Position numbers and translations under genes: made by a program. The notes beneath the pieces were generated by a model that saw only the letters and a list, made by a program, of their open reading frames with translations, was not told the DNA's origin and did no database searches. Shown piece by piece: positions 47,703-59,570 of a stretch of 64,000 nucleotides of DNA. The stretch is from Anthoceros angustus (taxonomy: Eukaryota; Plantae; Anthocerotophyta), in contig VJWM01000302.1 of the NCBI GenBank assembly GCA_010909165.1, positions 1 to 64,000 of the forward strand, read 5' to 3'. Each line of letters opens with the position of its first letter. Position 1 is the first letter of the stretch.

Positions 47703-50700
47703 TGATGAGTCATACAAGCTCTAGCAATATGTGTTGCATTACATTCATAATAGAAAGTACATGCCTTTATGTAGGCAAGGTAGTTGTAACCAATAAGTGG
47801 TTGTAACAACTAACCAATTAAATAACTACTAAAAGAAACTACCTAGAGCCCTAAGGACTAAATTAATTATTAAGTCCTAGGTGCCCTAGTGAAGAGTGCC
47901 CTAATAGTAAGCTATTTTATCACTCCCACTCACTATGAACTAGGGGTGATTTTCGACCAAAAGAGGTCTAGGAAAAACTAGTCTAGTAAAAACTAGTCCC
48001 TAACTAAACTTTACTTAAAGGCATAAAGTAAAACTTAAGGTAAAACTGAAAGTAATAATCACTATTAAAATAACTCCCACTTAAGGAGAACCGAGATGAG
48101 AAACTAATAACCCAACTTCAAGAAATAGGTGGAATTAAAACTAATTAAAAGTATTTAAGCGGATTTATATATAGAGGAAAATCCAGAAAATACCTAATTT
48201 CCGAAAAGGAAAATCAAAAGGATAATGGATAATACCCTTCTTCCTCAAACTTCACAAACGCGATCCCGACAACTTGGTGGTTGGTACATGTGATGGCGAT
48301 GGGAGGGTGGCTACCCGCAGCAAGGCGCGCAATCCCCCCGGAGGAGGCGCCACGGGGCCATCGCCCACGAGCCCGCGGCCTCCCCGCGCGCCGCCGGCCG
48401 TAGGGCGGGCGCGCCTTCCAGCCGCCCAGCGCCCTGCAAGGACGCCACGGCGCGGCGCCCAAACAAAAGGAGAGGCGCCTACCGATGCATCTAGTCGTGT
48501 CCCCGCTGGTGATGAAGAGTCTCGCCTCGCACTCCCTTCCCGCACCGTAAAGAAATCCCTGCATTTGTCATTGATCCGACCTCATCCTCGGAGGATGGCG
48601 AACCAGAGATGCCTAAGGATCCTGGGACGGCCCAGCGAAGAGGGAAAGCTGAAGTCCGAGTGTAAGATTGCGTCTTCATTTTCTCGCCATGTCTTCATTT
48701 CCGCCATGTCTTCATTTGTGAAGCAATTCTGGATGTGCTCACCAAAGGGGAGGAAGCGCGCCTAGGTGATGAGGACGTGCCCTCCTCAATGAATGATGCT
48801 CCGCCGCAAAATGCCCACCTGCCAAAAGTGTTTGTAGGAAAGATTGCCGCCATCTTATGCTTCTAAGAAGAAGCTATGACACAAGTGGATTACAAGGATG
48901 CTATTTTGATGGATAAGAGGTCGACACTTGTGTGACGCTTGGTGCGATGGGTGGAGACGGCATGGGAGGATATGACAAGGAAGGAAAAGAAAGGTGCAAT
49001 ATATTAAATAAGGGTTATCCGATTTAAGCATCCTAATTTCTATATGAGTTTTAGGATCGAATAACCTAGCATAAATTTTCAGCTTGATGCGTAAACACAT
49101 TTTGTTTCCTAAGTGTATTAAAGACAAAAACATGGGCTATTATAAGCGAATTCTACCAAAAGGTGACCGGAAAATAAAGTATACATACTCACCTTAGGTT
49201 TAAGTGAAAAGGAGATGTCCGACTCCTATATATGTGAGGAAACTACCATCCACATGATAAAAATAGCAAGTCTCCCATGTGAGGAATTTCAGGACATATC
49301 AAACATATTTTCCGTAGGTGCCTTTGGTGCTAAGGGAATTTATTGTTTTAATCACATAAATACTGCTTAAATATTATTTTTATTTTTAATATAAATATTC
49401 CAGGTTCTATGTTGGCCGTCTATGAAGAGGAAGGGGATGATGACCTAAGCTATTTTGAGATAGAAGAAGAAAAATGTTCAGAAAAATAGTAAGACAATAA
49501 TTTTTGGGCTAAGATTTTAAGGTTATCTTAAATCGGCCCTAAGGCGCTAGGGTGAGTATTAGGTTAAAGGTTTGGACATGTGTCCATTATACCCAAACAT
49601 TTCATGTGTTTCCTATGTAACTCAATTCCCAATGACTTTGTTAATAAATCGACATTGTCTAAAGTTTGAACATAACTAATATTTATGGTTTGATCTTCTA
49701 ACTTTTCCCTTATGTAGTGATACTCAATATATATGTTTAGTTCTAGAATGAAAAGCAGATTTCGCAAGTGCAATGGCACGGCTATCACTAAACAAAGATG
49801 TAGGCTTAAGTTGAGGATGGTGAAGTTCACTCAAAACTAACTGGACCACACTATGTCTTTAGAACCGAGGTTAGTACCACAGTACTCGATTCGATTGACA
49901 AAGCTATAGTAGGTTGTTTCTTACTTGACCAGATATTGGTGCTCCTCCCAAGAGTAATACATACCCATGATTGTGTGTGTCGGGTCACAAAGATAGTCGG
50001 CATCGATATGCCGTTAGAGTTAATGTGTTGATAGCGGTGTATGCTTGAACATCGATCTGTGTACATAGTGCCTTTAAGGTATCGAATATACGCTCAGACA
50101 TCCGCTCACGCCCGTGGTTCTCCAAGAATTGTGAGCGTGGAACCGACTTCAAAAGATATATCCGGTCTCGTAAAATTGCATAAATATATTAGAGTGCCAA
50201 CGATGTCGGTATGGAACTGACATTTCTAGCTTTTCTTCATTGTTTTGGGACTCATATCCGAGGTAAGCCTAACACCACTTGCAAAAGGTGTGGGTGCTTT
50301 TTGCATCCTCAAGTCCAAATTTAGCTAAACTCTCCTTAATATACTTGGTTTGAACTATACTTAGAGTCTTATTACCTCTATTTCGTATAATATTAACACC
50401 AAGTGCATATGTCATTTCTCCTAGATCGGACATCTCAAATAGAGTCCTAAGCCATGCTTTAGTTTCGGCTAGGAGAGTGAGGGAGTTTGTTGCCATAAAA
50501 ACATCATCAACATAAAGTAGAAGATAAAATATATCATTGCGGATATTAGGATGTACATACATCACACCGGCTTTGCTTAAATCCTCTCCCAATAAGTTGT
50601 ACATGTATGGTTAATTCCAATTCTTGCTCGACCGCTTAAGGCCATACAAACCTTTGATGAGTCGGCATACCCAATCTTCTTTGCCTTTGACAGTAACCTC

Positions 50701-53700
50701 GGGTTGTCTCATGTATATTTCCTCTGCGCCATACAAATATCTTCTTAACATCCATCATGTGGAGTTCAAGATCATGTTGGGCACATAAGGCAAATATCAT
50801 TCAAGTGTGGCAATTTGGCATCATAAGTGGCCCAAGGTATGTAATCTAGACCGAGAATTTGTGTAAAACCTCTCGCTACTAGGCGTGCCTTATACCTTTC
50901 TATAGAACCATCTCCTTTTCTTTTAATTTTGAATACCCATTTGCTGGTTACTATCTTCCTACCCCTAGGTGGTTTGACCAATTCCATGTAGAGTTATTAA
51001 CTAGGGAATTATATTCGAATCTGACTACCTTCCATAAGTCTTTTCGGAGAAGAGAAAGCTTGTTTTAAGGTAAGAGGTTCTTCCGGGTCTATAGTTGCCT
51101 TGTAGACAGCTTGAGAATAAAGTGATATAGGGGTATAGGATCATCAAAAGCTAGGTATCCTAAAGGAGGTTCCTTCCAACTGCAGGACACGAGATAGTAG
51201 GTCGGGATCTAAGGTTGTACCTTTGTGCAGTGCATCATCCACGGGAGGCGGGATCAACAGGATCTGGCTCCACAATGTCATCCTCCGGAGGGTCATCAAA
51301 CTCATCATCATGAGTGTCAAGGCGCCCGCCGGGATGTCAACATCGTGTCTGCTTGAGTTGTACCGTTGTGGAATAGATGCTAACCTCCTCCTCCTGCATA
51401 ATAGGTTCAACTAAAGGAACACGAAGCGTGAATGGGAAATGGAGTGAAATAATCGATCATCAAAATAAGAAGGGTCAATGGTCTCATCAAGAGGAGGACC
51501 AAGCCTATCAGCTCCTGGGGAAAAGAGGTAAGACTCATGAAAAGTAACACTCGATATAAAAGTTGCCTTGTAGAAGGGTTGAACAATTTGTACCCTTTGA
51601 TACCTTGTAGCCAATGAAAAGTGTACTTAGTCGCTTTGGGATCCAACTTACGCAATGCTTTGGGAATAAAAACATATGCGGGATCCAAAAATTCAAGGTG
51701 GTCAATAGAAGGCTTCTTGCCAATGAATGCTTCATATGGAGTCATACCTTGAGCTGATGTAGGCAATCGATTCATGAGATAGGTTCTTAGGAGGGCCTCG
51801 CCAATAAGCCTTAGATAACTTAGCTTGTACCAATAAGCAACTGTGATCTCTTGAGGCGTAGATTCTTGTTCTCGGCTACGCCATTTTGTTGAGGAGTGTA
51901 GACAATCAGAAGTTGTTGAGCTATACCTTCACTCGACAAAAATCCTCAAATAGATGTAAACTCTCCACCATTGTCGGAACGTAAGGTCTTGAGTTTGTGA
52001 TCCGTAAGTCTCTCACCCATTTCATGTAGTCCTTGAAGAAGTGAAAGGCATCACTCTTGTTTTCGGGATGTAGGAAAAGACAAACGAGAGAAATCATCGT
52101 GAAGGTCAAAAATATCTACTACCACTAAAGGAGGGTGTAGACAAGGGTCCACAAATGTCTGTGTGCACTATCTCTAAAGGTGACTTGGCCCTTTGTGGAG
52201 ATTTATTTTGAAAGGCTCTTGATGTCGTTTAGTGAGGACACAAGATTCGCACCAAGGTAGGTGTTCAACCTTTGCAAGGCAAGGGTTCTATATAAAGCTC
52301 CCTTAGACATTTGGATTAATTTTTGACTATTAGGATGACCAAGGCGACAATGCCAAAGCATGGTTTGGGTAGGTGTCATGGTTTGGAATGGCAACATTAG
52401 CGAATGGGTGGCTCCCACTTGTACCGACAATCTATAGAGACCATCATCTAAAGTGCCATGATTGTATAGTTTCTATCACTTATGAAAGAGAGAAGACAAC
52501 TATTCGCATAAAGGATCACTGCAGAGTGTGTTCTTGACAAAGACTTGCTGATACTAGATTCTTGCACATTGAAGGAACATGGAGGACGTGATGAAGATGA
52601 AGAACTGACCGAATCACACTTGAATACAATCAACCGACACCGCAATGGGTAGGTTGTGATCATCTCCGGAGGATGACCGATGTCCTGGGGTGAGTAAGAC
52701 TCAAAAGAGTTTCATTGTAACAAATATGTGAAGTAGCTCCTTGCCTAAGTACCATGAGGTATTGGAGGGCTTGGAAGAAGCCAAGCACACAGTGAGCACC
52801 GCTGGAGTTGAGGAAGATTGTTTCACGCAATGTTAGCTCGTGTGGGCCTCCCCGAGGTTCCCATTCTTCTTCTTACGACAATCCTTTTCCATGTGATTTG
52901 GGATTACGCACCAATTACATATAATCCATCTTCTTGTTACCTCTTGCGGTGTTGAAGAAGATGCCTCTCCATCATGGAAAGTATGTGGATATGGGGTCGG
53001 AAAGTAGAACCTCGGCCTCGCCTCGTCCTCTTCCTCTACCCCTTTGTGAATACATCACCACCGCTTGTTGGCTCGGAGTGATGATGACGTCGCTTGCCTC
53101 CTCCGTAGCAATGCTCCAATAAGTTCGGAAACACGATGTCCGGCTCTTCATTTGGATCTTCATCTGCATTTTTCGACATTGAATCACGCATTTTGAGTTG
53201 TAATGAAAGCCCTATAAGAAGGTGGCAATGAAGATAAGAGAATGACGTAAGCCTCCATCTACGAGATAGGTACGCTTGAAGATTCCAAATGGGATCGTGC
53301 CAAAATGCATTAACATGATGTTCGATGGTGTCGGACTCCTTCATTGAGAGGTTGCGGAAGTTACGTGAAGCGCAACAATACTCATTACATCTCGAGATGA
53401 ATATAATTGAGCAAGGTGAGTCCACATATCCTTGGAGGTCTTTATGCGACATGTCTCACCATATGTTGAGAAAGTCCACGACCAATAAATCTTGTGCCTT
53501 CGCCCCTGGGCGTCCCGGAAGGTTGAAGTTCACGTTCAAATCGGGCGTGTGGCCTTGGAATTGATCCATCGACGATGCCCCAAAGGTCTCTTTGCCGCAA
53601 AGCTCCTCGCATTCTCAATGACCGATGTCATAATCCCTTCCATTGAATCTCTTTCTTGAAATGTCACCATAATGATAATGCAATGAAGTGTTAGCATTAT

Positions 53701-54756
53701 CATTACCCAATGGGGAATTAGGAACAGTTGTTCTTCATCATTGATCACTCCAGCCATTGTAGGTGATTTAGAGGACTAGGCCTCGCCGTACACCTCATCT
53801 TCTATTGCACGAAACTCTTCTCTTGCATCATAATCGATTCGGATGATGATAGCATGCTCTCAAATCTCTGCGCATTATCAACCTTAGAGAGAATAGACAA
53901 TTTTGTCCTTAATTCAGATAATTCTCCCTTAAGATCAAAGGATTGGATTCTAAGAGTTGCTAATTGACTATCAATTTCTTGAAATCTAAGAGTTTCTATG
54001 CTATTTTGTCTTGTGACTAGAAGATAAAGGAGTACTAATACCGATTCAAATTTGGGATATGTTGGAGAGCTAATTCTAATGCCTTGACGTGAATTGGACT
54101 AAAACTTCTAGCAAATCACGTCTAGCTAGCTTGATAAACTTCCCTTGATCCGGTTTAGAAATTAAAATAGATGCAATGAAGTTTGCTATACAAGAGGAGG
54201 TTTCTACTATCTCTCCTCTATAGCTTGTTGTCTTCTATTGCTTCTATGTGTTGGGCTCCTAATTTGTTCTTGTTGTCTTGCAGACTACTTCTCTTCTTAA
54301 CTCTATGCCTTCTCCTTCTAAGGAACACAAATCCATGGAGGAAGGAACAAAGAATTAGTGCATAAAAGCATTGTTAGAAGAGAAATGTTAGCATAAAAGA
54401 ATGCATGCAAAGATAGCAATTCTAGGATAAACACAATCCATCTAGGCAAATGCTAGATTAGAAAGTGTCTCCTAGATAAGCTACTTAGATGCATGAGGAT
54501 GCAAGCAAACAAAGAGCAAGTGTGCTCGATACCATGATGAGAATCATACACAAGCTCTAGCAATATGTGTTGCATTACATTCATAATAGAAAGTACATGC
54601 CTTTATGTAGGCAAGGTAGTTGTAACCAATAAGTGGTTGTAACAACTAACCAATTAAAATAACTACTAAAGAAACTACCTAGAGCCCTAAGGACTAAATT
54701 AATTATTAAGTCCTAGGTGCCCTAGTGAAGAGTGCCCTAATAGTGTTATTTTATCA
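47703..54756 (-). mobile_element. Copia-4: full-length Ty1/copia element with perfect TSD
   Basis: Near-identical TG...CA LTRs at 47703-47922 and 54535-54756; TSD CGGGA at 47698-47702 and 54757-54761; PBS 54524-54534; PPT from 47923. Confidence 0.95.
49564..53460 (-). pseudogene. gag-pol: Copia-4 gag-pol (heavily frameshifted)
   Basis: LSMKESDTIEHH; CNWC..PNHMEKDC; LWHCRLGH; TPYEAF; SKWVFKIK...YKARLVARGF; LLYVDD; WSSKKQ; YHYIRE...DLLTK. Confidence 0.9.
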
Positions 54757-57700
54757 CGGGAAGTGCATATTTGGCGGTCATCGTGAAAGGGCGATCTCCC
54801 TCCTTCACATACTCCTCGCGGAGTCGCCATAGCTTCCACCGTTTTGTACCGTTGCATTACTCGCTGCGCCTCTTCTCGGCCTTCCGTCTTTGGACAAACC
54901 TCTAGCGATCGCCTATTAGCTTTCATCAGATTAAACGCGTCCCTCCATCATGACTCGGAGCGTTGGTACCTCAAACTCCACAGGCATAACCGGCGAATGC
55001 CCATAGGTTAAGTAATACGGAGTTCAGTGTATTACCTTCTCCGTCCTCAAGGCCCATAGCGGATGGTAGCTTGGTATCCCAACATGCAGTTAATCGTAAG
55101 CTTATTGTGATGCGCAGATAAGTCTGGTCTTCTCCGTTAACCCATTGGCCTTCGGGTTGTATGGGGCGTCTTGGCGATGAGTTATCAAATAGTCCGTCAT
55201 TGCGCTTATCACATCATTGAAATGAGTTCCCCTATCACTTACCAACCGCAACGGGCACCCACCATCTTTGTGATGATGTTCTCATAGAGGAACTTTGCCA
55301 CCGTCTTGCAGAAACTGGTCCTTGTTGCCAGCGCCTCCACCCATCGGGGTGTGAGTCCGTTGCCACCAGGATGTACCTCTTCCTGTGTGTCTCATAGGTC
55401 GATAGTCGATGCCATCTTCAAAGGCGCTAGTGCGAGTGGGCTCCATCTGGTTAGTGAGCGTTGGCCTGATCCGCCGACAAGCATCACATCTCTTCACAAT
55501 TGGTGTGTTCTCCATACATGGTGGGCCACCAGTATCCGGCCTCCAAGATTTTCTTGGTGGTGACCTGCGCTGCATAATGGCCACCGCCCAGGCCTTCATG
55601 CATCCCTTTTATGACTACCTCCGTTTCCGCCTGTTGAAGGTACCTACGCTCCACGCCGTCCGGTCCCACCTTAAAGATACATCCGTTGTACATCCTGAAG
55701 GGCCGAGCGTAGTGTACAAAGGCCTGTTGCTGGGCACGGTTTAACCCACTTGGAATCTCCATCTCCCATGTACTGCTCCAGCCCACATAGGTGGGCCGCA
55801 CGCCCGCCTCCTTCTCCGCTTCGCTACTTCTACCTTACAAGTTTGGGGTTCCTACCGCGCCTCCTCCGCCTCCAATGCGGCCACCAATTCCTCATCCGGA
55901 AAGTCATCCTCGATCCCGCAGGTCGGCCTGCCTTTCAACTCGACAAGAAGTCGATTTTGGTGTTGCCTCGCTCGGTCTCCACCTCAAAGGTGAACTCACA
56001 GCGAGAATCCACCTCGCACGGCCGGACAGTCCGCTTTATTCACCATGCTTGAGCGCCAAGTGATCACATAGAACACAAACTCATGTGTAAGGTAGTGCCC
56101 CAATTTCACGATACCATTCCTAACGCCTCGCCTCCGTAGTAGTGTACCTGCTCGCATGCGTGAGCCGCCTTCCGCATAGTAGATTGATGATCCCTCCGCT
56201 TGTCGCCCTTTGGCCGAGCACTACCCGATGGCGGCCGACACATCTACATACACATGGAATCGCTTACTCCTCCGGACCTTTAACATCGAGCGCTTATCGT
56301 GGTGGTCTCAGATGCAATGCTCCTTCTCGTGTCCAGTCCACTCCTCCTTCCCGAGTAACCTGCTAGTTGGCGCCCGCTTGCAAGTCCCGGATGAACGCCT
56401 GTAGTAACCCACCATGCCTGAATCTCAGCCTTCAGATTCGGGTGGCTGCAGGGATCGAATGACCCCGACCTTATCTTGGTCCACCTCTATCCTCGCTACG
56501 ACACACGGTGTCCACAAGATTCCTCCGGCCATTCCAAAGTAGCATTTCTCCTGGATGTAGACACGGGGTTTCCTTACAACGCCCAAGCACTTCCAGTGCC
56601 CAACGTGCTTGTCTTCCTCTCCATGTACGCAAAAGTCGCCAGAATACCCATGAAGTCCTCGAAAATCCTCAAGACGTTGGTCACCATCCGCATGAATGAT
56701 CCGGTGCCCCGCTATCCCAAAGGCGCTAAGCGAACGCCCCCACTCCGTGGTGAACGTTGTCTTATCCCATCGACTCCCTTAGGTGCAGCTTGGTTGTAGC
56801 CGAGTATCCATCCAAGAAGGAGGCACTCCCCGCCACCTTGTCCAAGATGTCGTCCACGAAGGGCATGGGGAAATGGTCCTTCTCGGAGTGCTGAGTTTCC
56901 TCCAATCTCGATAGACACGGATCGCCTGCGCTTCTTGGGCACGAACGATGGTGCTACCCATTCTGCTTTCACGATTGGAAAGATGATGTCCGCCTCCAAA
57001 TATTTGTCCAGGACCTCCTTGACCTTGAGCGAGTGCTTGGGATTCAGCTTTATACCGCCAATCCGAGCACCGCCTCCCCGGCTCAGTCTATCCGTGTTCG
57101 CCAATCGTTGAATGCCTTCATATCCGTGACCTTGAAAGCAAACACCTCGCTGAATTCCCCAACAATCGCGGTGAGGTCTCGCTCAACTCACGGCATATCC
57201 TTGCGGAATTTTAGAATTTTCCGGACCTCCACGCCTTCCACATCGTCGGATTGACCGCCTCCCTTTCCCCGGCCTACGCCCAAAGCCATCATCCTCCATC
57301 CGGTTCATCCTCACGCATCCCCACTCTAAAAGCTCGTCTGAGGTAAACCGGGTCACTTCTTGGTCCTCCACCTCCTGCTGGTCTCCCTTGCCCTCGTCCT
57401 CCTGGCTAGGCGCGGCCTCACCGAAACAATTGACCACCTCCGCTCCAAAAGTGTCCCTTCGGTAGTCCATCTCTTCTTCGGACCACGAGATTTTTGGAAA
57501 GGGGTAGTCATCATTCGTATCCTCGCGTTCATCGTCCCCACTGTCCTCGGCGGAGGTGTACCCCTCTGTGGTGCTTACGGTTTCCCCGCAGTAGGTGTCC
57601 TTGCTCCAGGTGATCGCTACCCGTCCCTCCCTTACCTTCGGATCCCAGTCAACTGGTTTGAAGTGTATCTCCTTCCTTCCGAAGTGTAGTTTTGTCTGAG

Positions 57701-57950
57701 CGAGTCCCACCCGTGGACGCCCAACAAGACTGCACCCCCGAGGTCCCGGGCTTGATGACCACTAAGTCCAATGTAGGGTGCCCCGCTATGGTTGCTTGAC
57801 TCGACACCTCACGGCGCCGTGACATGTCCGCCATCCCGAGGGTTTTGGTGGATGGCTCAAATGGAACCCCAACCGCCTCGGCCTCCGTGATGAGGTTGAC
57901 TCGACTGCGTCCGGGCACGCTTAATCACGCACCCCGATTTCACCAACCAC
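54757..57950 (-). pseudogene. pol: Gypsy B2 pol (PR-RT-RH-IN), frameshifted
   Basis: VNLITE (protease flap); VKEVLDKYLEADIIFPI..AEWVAP and GYNQ (RT); HEGLGGGHYAAQVTTKKILEAGYWWPTM (integrase zinc-binding region). Confidence 0.88.
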
Positions 57951-58114
57951 CGGCGCCCGGTCCGTGATGAGATACCACTCTTACCTCCATGTTCTTGGTC
58001 CCACGACCGAGGCGTTTCGCGTGGTTGTGTCTCCTTGATGGCCTCGGACTTCGCCGATACTGGATTGTCTAACAACTCCCGAGTGACACCAGGTGTTGTT
58101 GGTCCATCATCAAG

Positions 58115-59570
58115 TCAGCCACCTTGAAGGGCGGGCTTCTCACGAGTCACGGTCGCCGTGATTCTTCCACCGCCACCGCCTGCGTGGTGGGCCCACCGGT
58201 CCGCTTGGATCTCCTCCTGAAGCATCTCCGCCACTTCTCGAACCACATCCGGTGGAAACTGGGGTGTTGCCTTGGGTGGGTCCGTTTCCTCTACTATCGT
58301 TTCAGGAGGTTTCTGGTCGGGTGATTCCTCTGGCAGAGCTGCCCGATTCAACTCGCCTTCCTTGGCTGGCTCTCCCTCCTTCGCGAGAGTCCCGTCCTCC
58401 GTATCCGTGGTGCTCTCTCCATTTTTCTTCCTCTTTAACTGCCTTCTCTCCTTTCGCTCCTTCCGGCGGCTTCGGGTTGACACCTCCAGTACCTCCAGGT
58501 CTACCTTCTCCTCCTTAGCCGAACCCGCCTCGTACCACTCCGCCCCAAGTTCCTTCGGCGCCTCTTCCCACTCCGCCAGCTGTGCATCTTCAATCTGTAG
58601 CACCGCGCTTAGGGAGAGGGGCGAGGGTCGGGCTCTCCACCGGGTGGCATAGCGCACGCCCCGAGCGAGGGTTCTGGCTGTGGTACCGCCCGCCATGTGT
58701 CCTCTCGCCTTGCAATCCCGCATAGGCTCAAAGTCCCCTCCCTGCCGAGTGGGGTATGGGCACGATTGGAGTAGTGCCCGGTTCTGGGCCCAAGCAGATA
58801 CCGCCGCCTGAGAATTGGAGGGCTCCCATATGTGCCGGACGGGGTCGATGCATGGATGGTCCGGCCGCCGTAGGGTACATGCCTTGGGATACCGCTGCCT
58901 GTGGTGCTTCTTGCACGCTGGCCCTCCCACCTCCTACTCTTCCCGTAGTCGCACTCCACTTGGTTTACGGGTCCGAGGGCGCTTAGCCTTGAATGCCCAT
59001 GTGGCACACCGCACACCATAGATGGTCCGAACTGGCCGCCCGCCTGCCTGTCCTTCACCGGTTGATCGTCAATTCTTCCACCCTCTTCATTACCGTTCAG
59101 ATCTTCCCTCAACCCCACTTTCAAAGGGGTTGGATCGCGGAACTTCGCGCAAGGCATCACGACCTCCTTCTTTCGACCTCCTAATCGCAGCTTTTCTTCT
59201 TATTCCTCTCGGTGAGGTTCCTCCTCTTCGCGCCATCCTCGGATTCTTCTTCGGAACCCTCCTCCTCTTCCTCCGAAGTAACCTCGGTTTTCATCCTTCC
59301 GAGGCTCTTCATCTCGGATTCGACCCCGTTCTTTTCTTCTTCCCGCCTGGAGGCGTCCTTGTCCTCCGTTGGTGCATCGATTCCTCGTAGTTCTCCGCCG
59401 CTCGGACCGCCTTACTCACATCCTTTTCTGCCAACAGCAATGACGTGCTTAGCCATTGGCTTGGGTAGGCCATTGCGAAGGCCAGCGAACCAGCCGTGCA
59501 CGTCACTGCGTAAAGTCAGGCGGCTCGTCTGGGGCCTCAAGCCCAGCGCTAGCTCGATTTTTTGGCCAGG
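58115..59570 (-). pseudogene. gag: Gypsy B2 gag, 5'-truncated
   Basis: Inverted homolog of 25740-26589, followed by an acidic linker in ORF 58115-58930. Confidence 0.75.

Larger units (their letters stand above)
34810..59570 (-). mobile_element. Gypsy B2 (Athila-like): gag-pol, PPT and ~4.3-kb 3' LTR (47344-47534, 41324-43927, 34810-36319); hosts three insertions
   Basis: pol 54757-57950; integrase tail GKLHLRWMGPH...HRVNG..KKY at ~47570-47700; PPT GAGAAGGGAGTA at 47535-47546; LTR termini TGTGG...CCACA. The LTR end matches the B1 LTR end that precedes the PBS. Confidence 0.86.
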
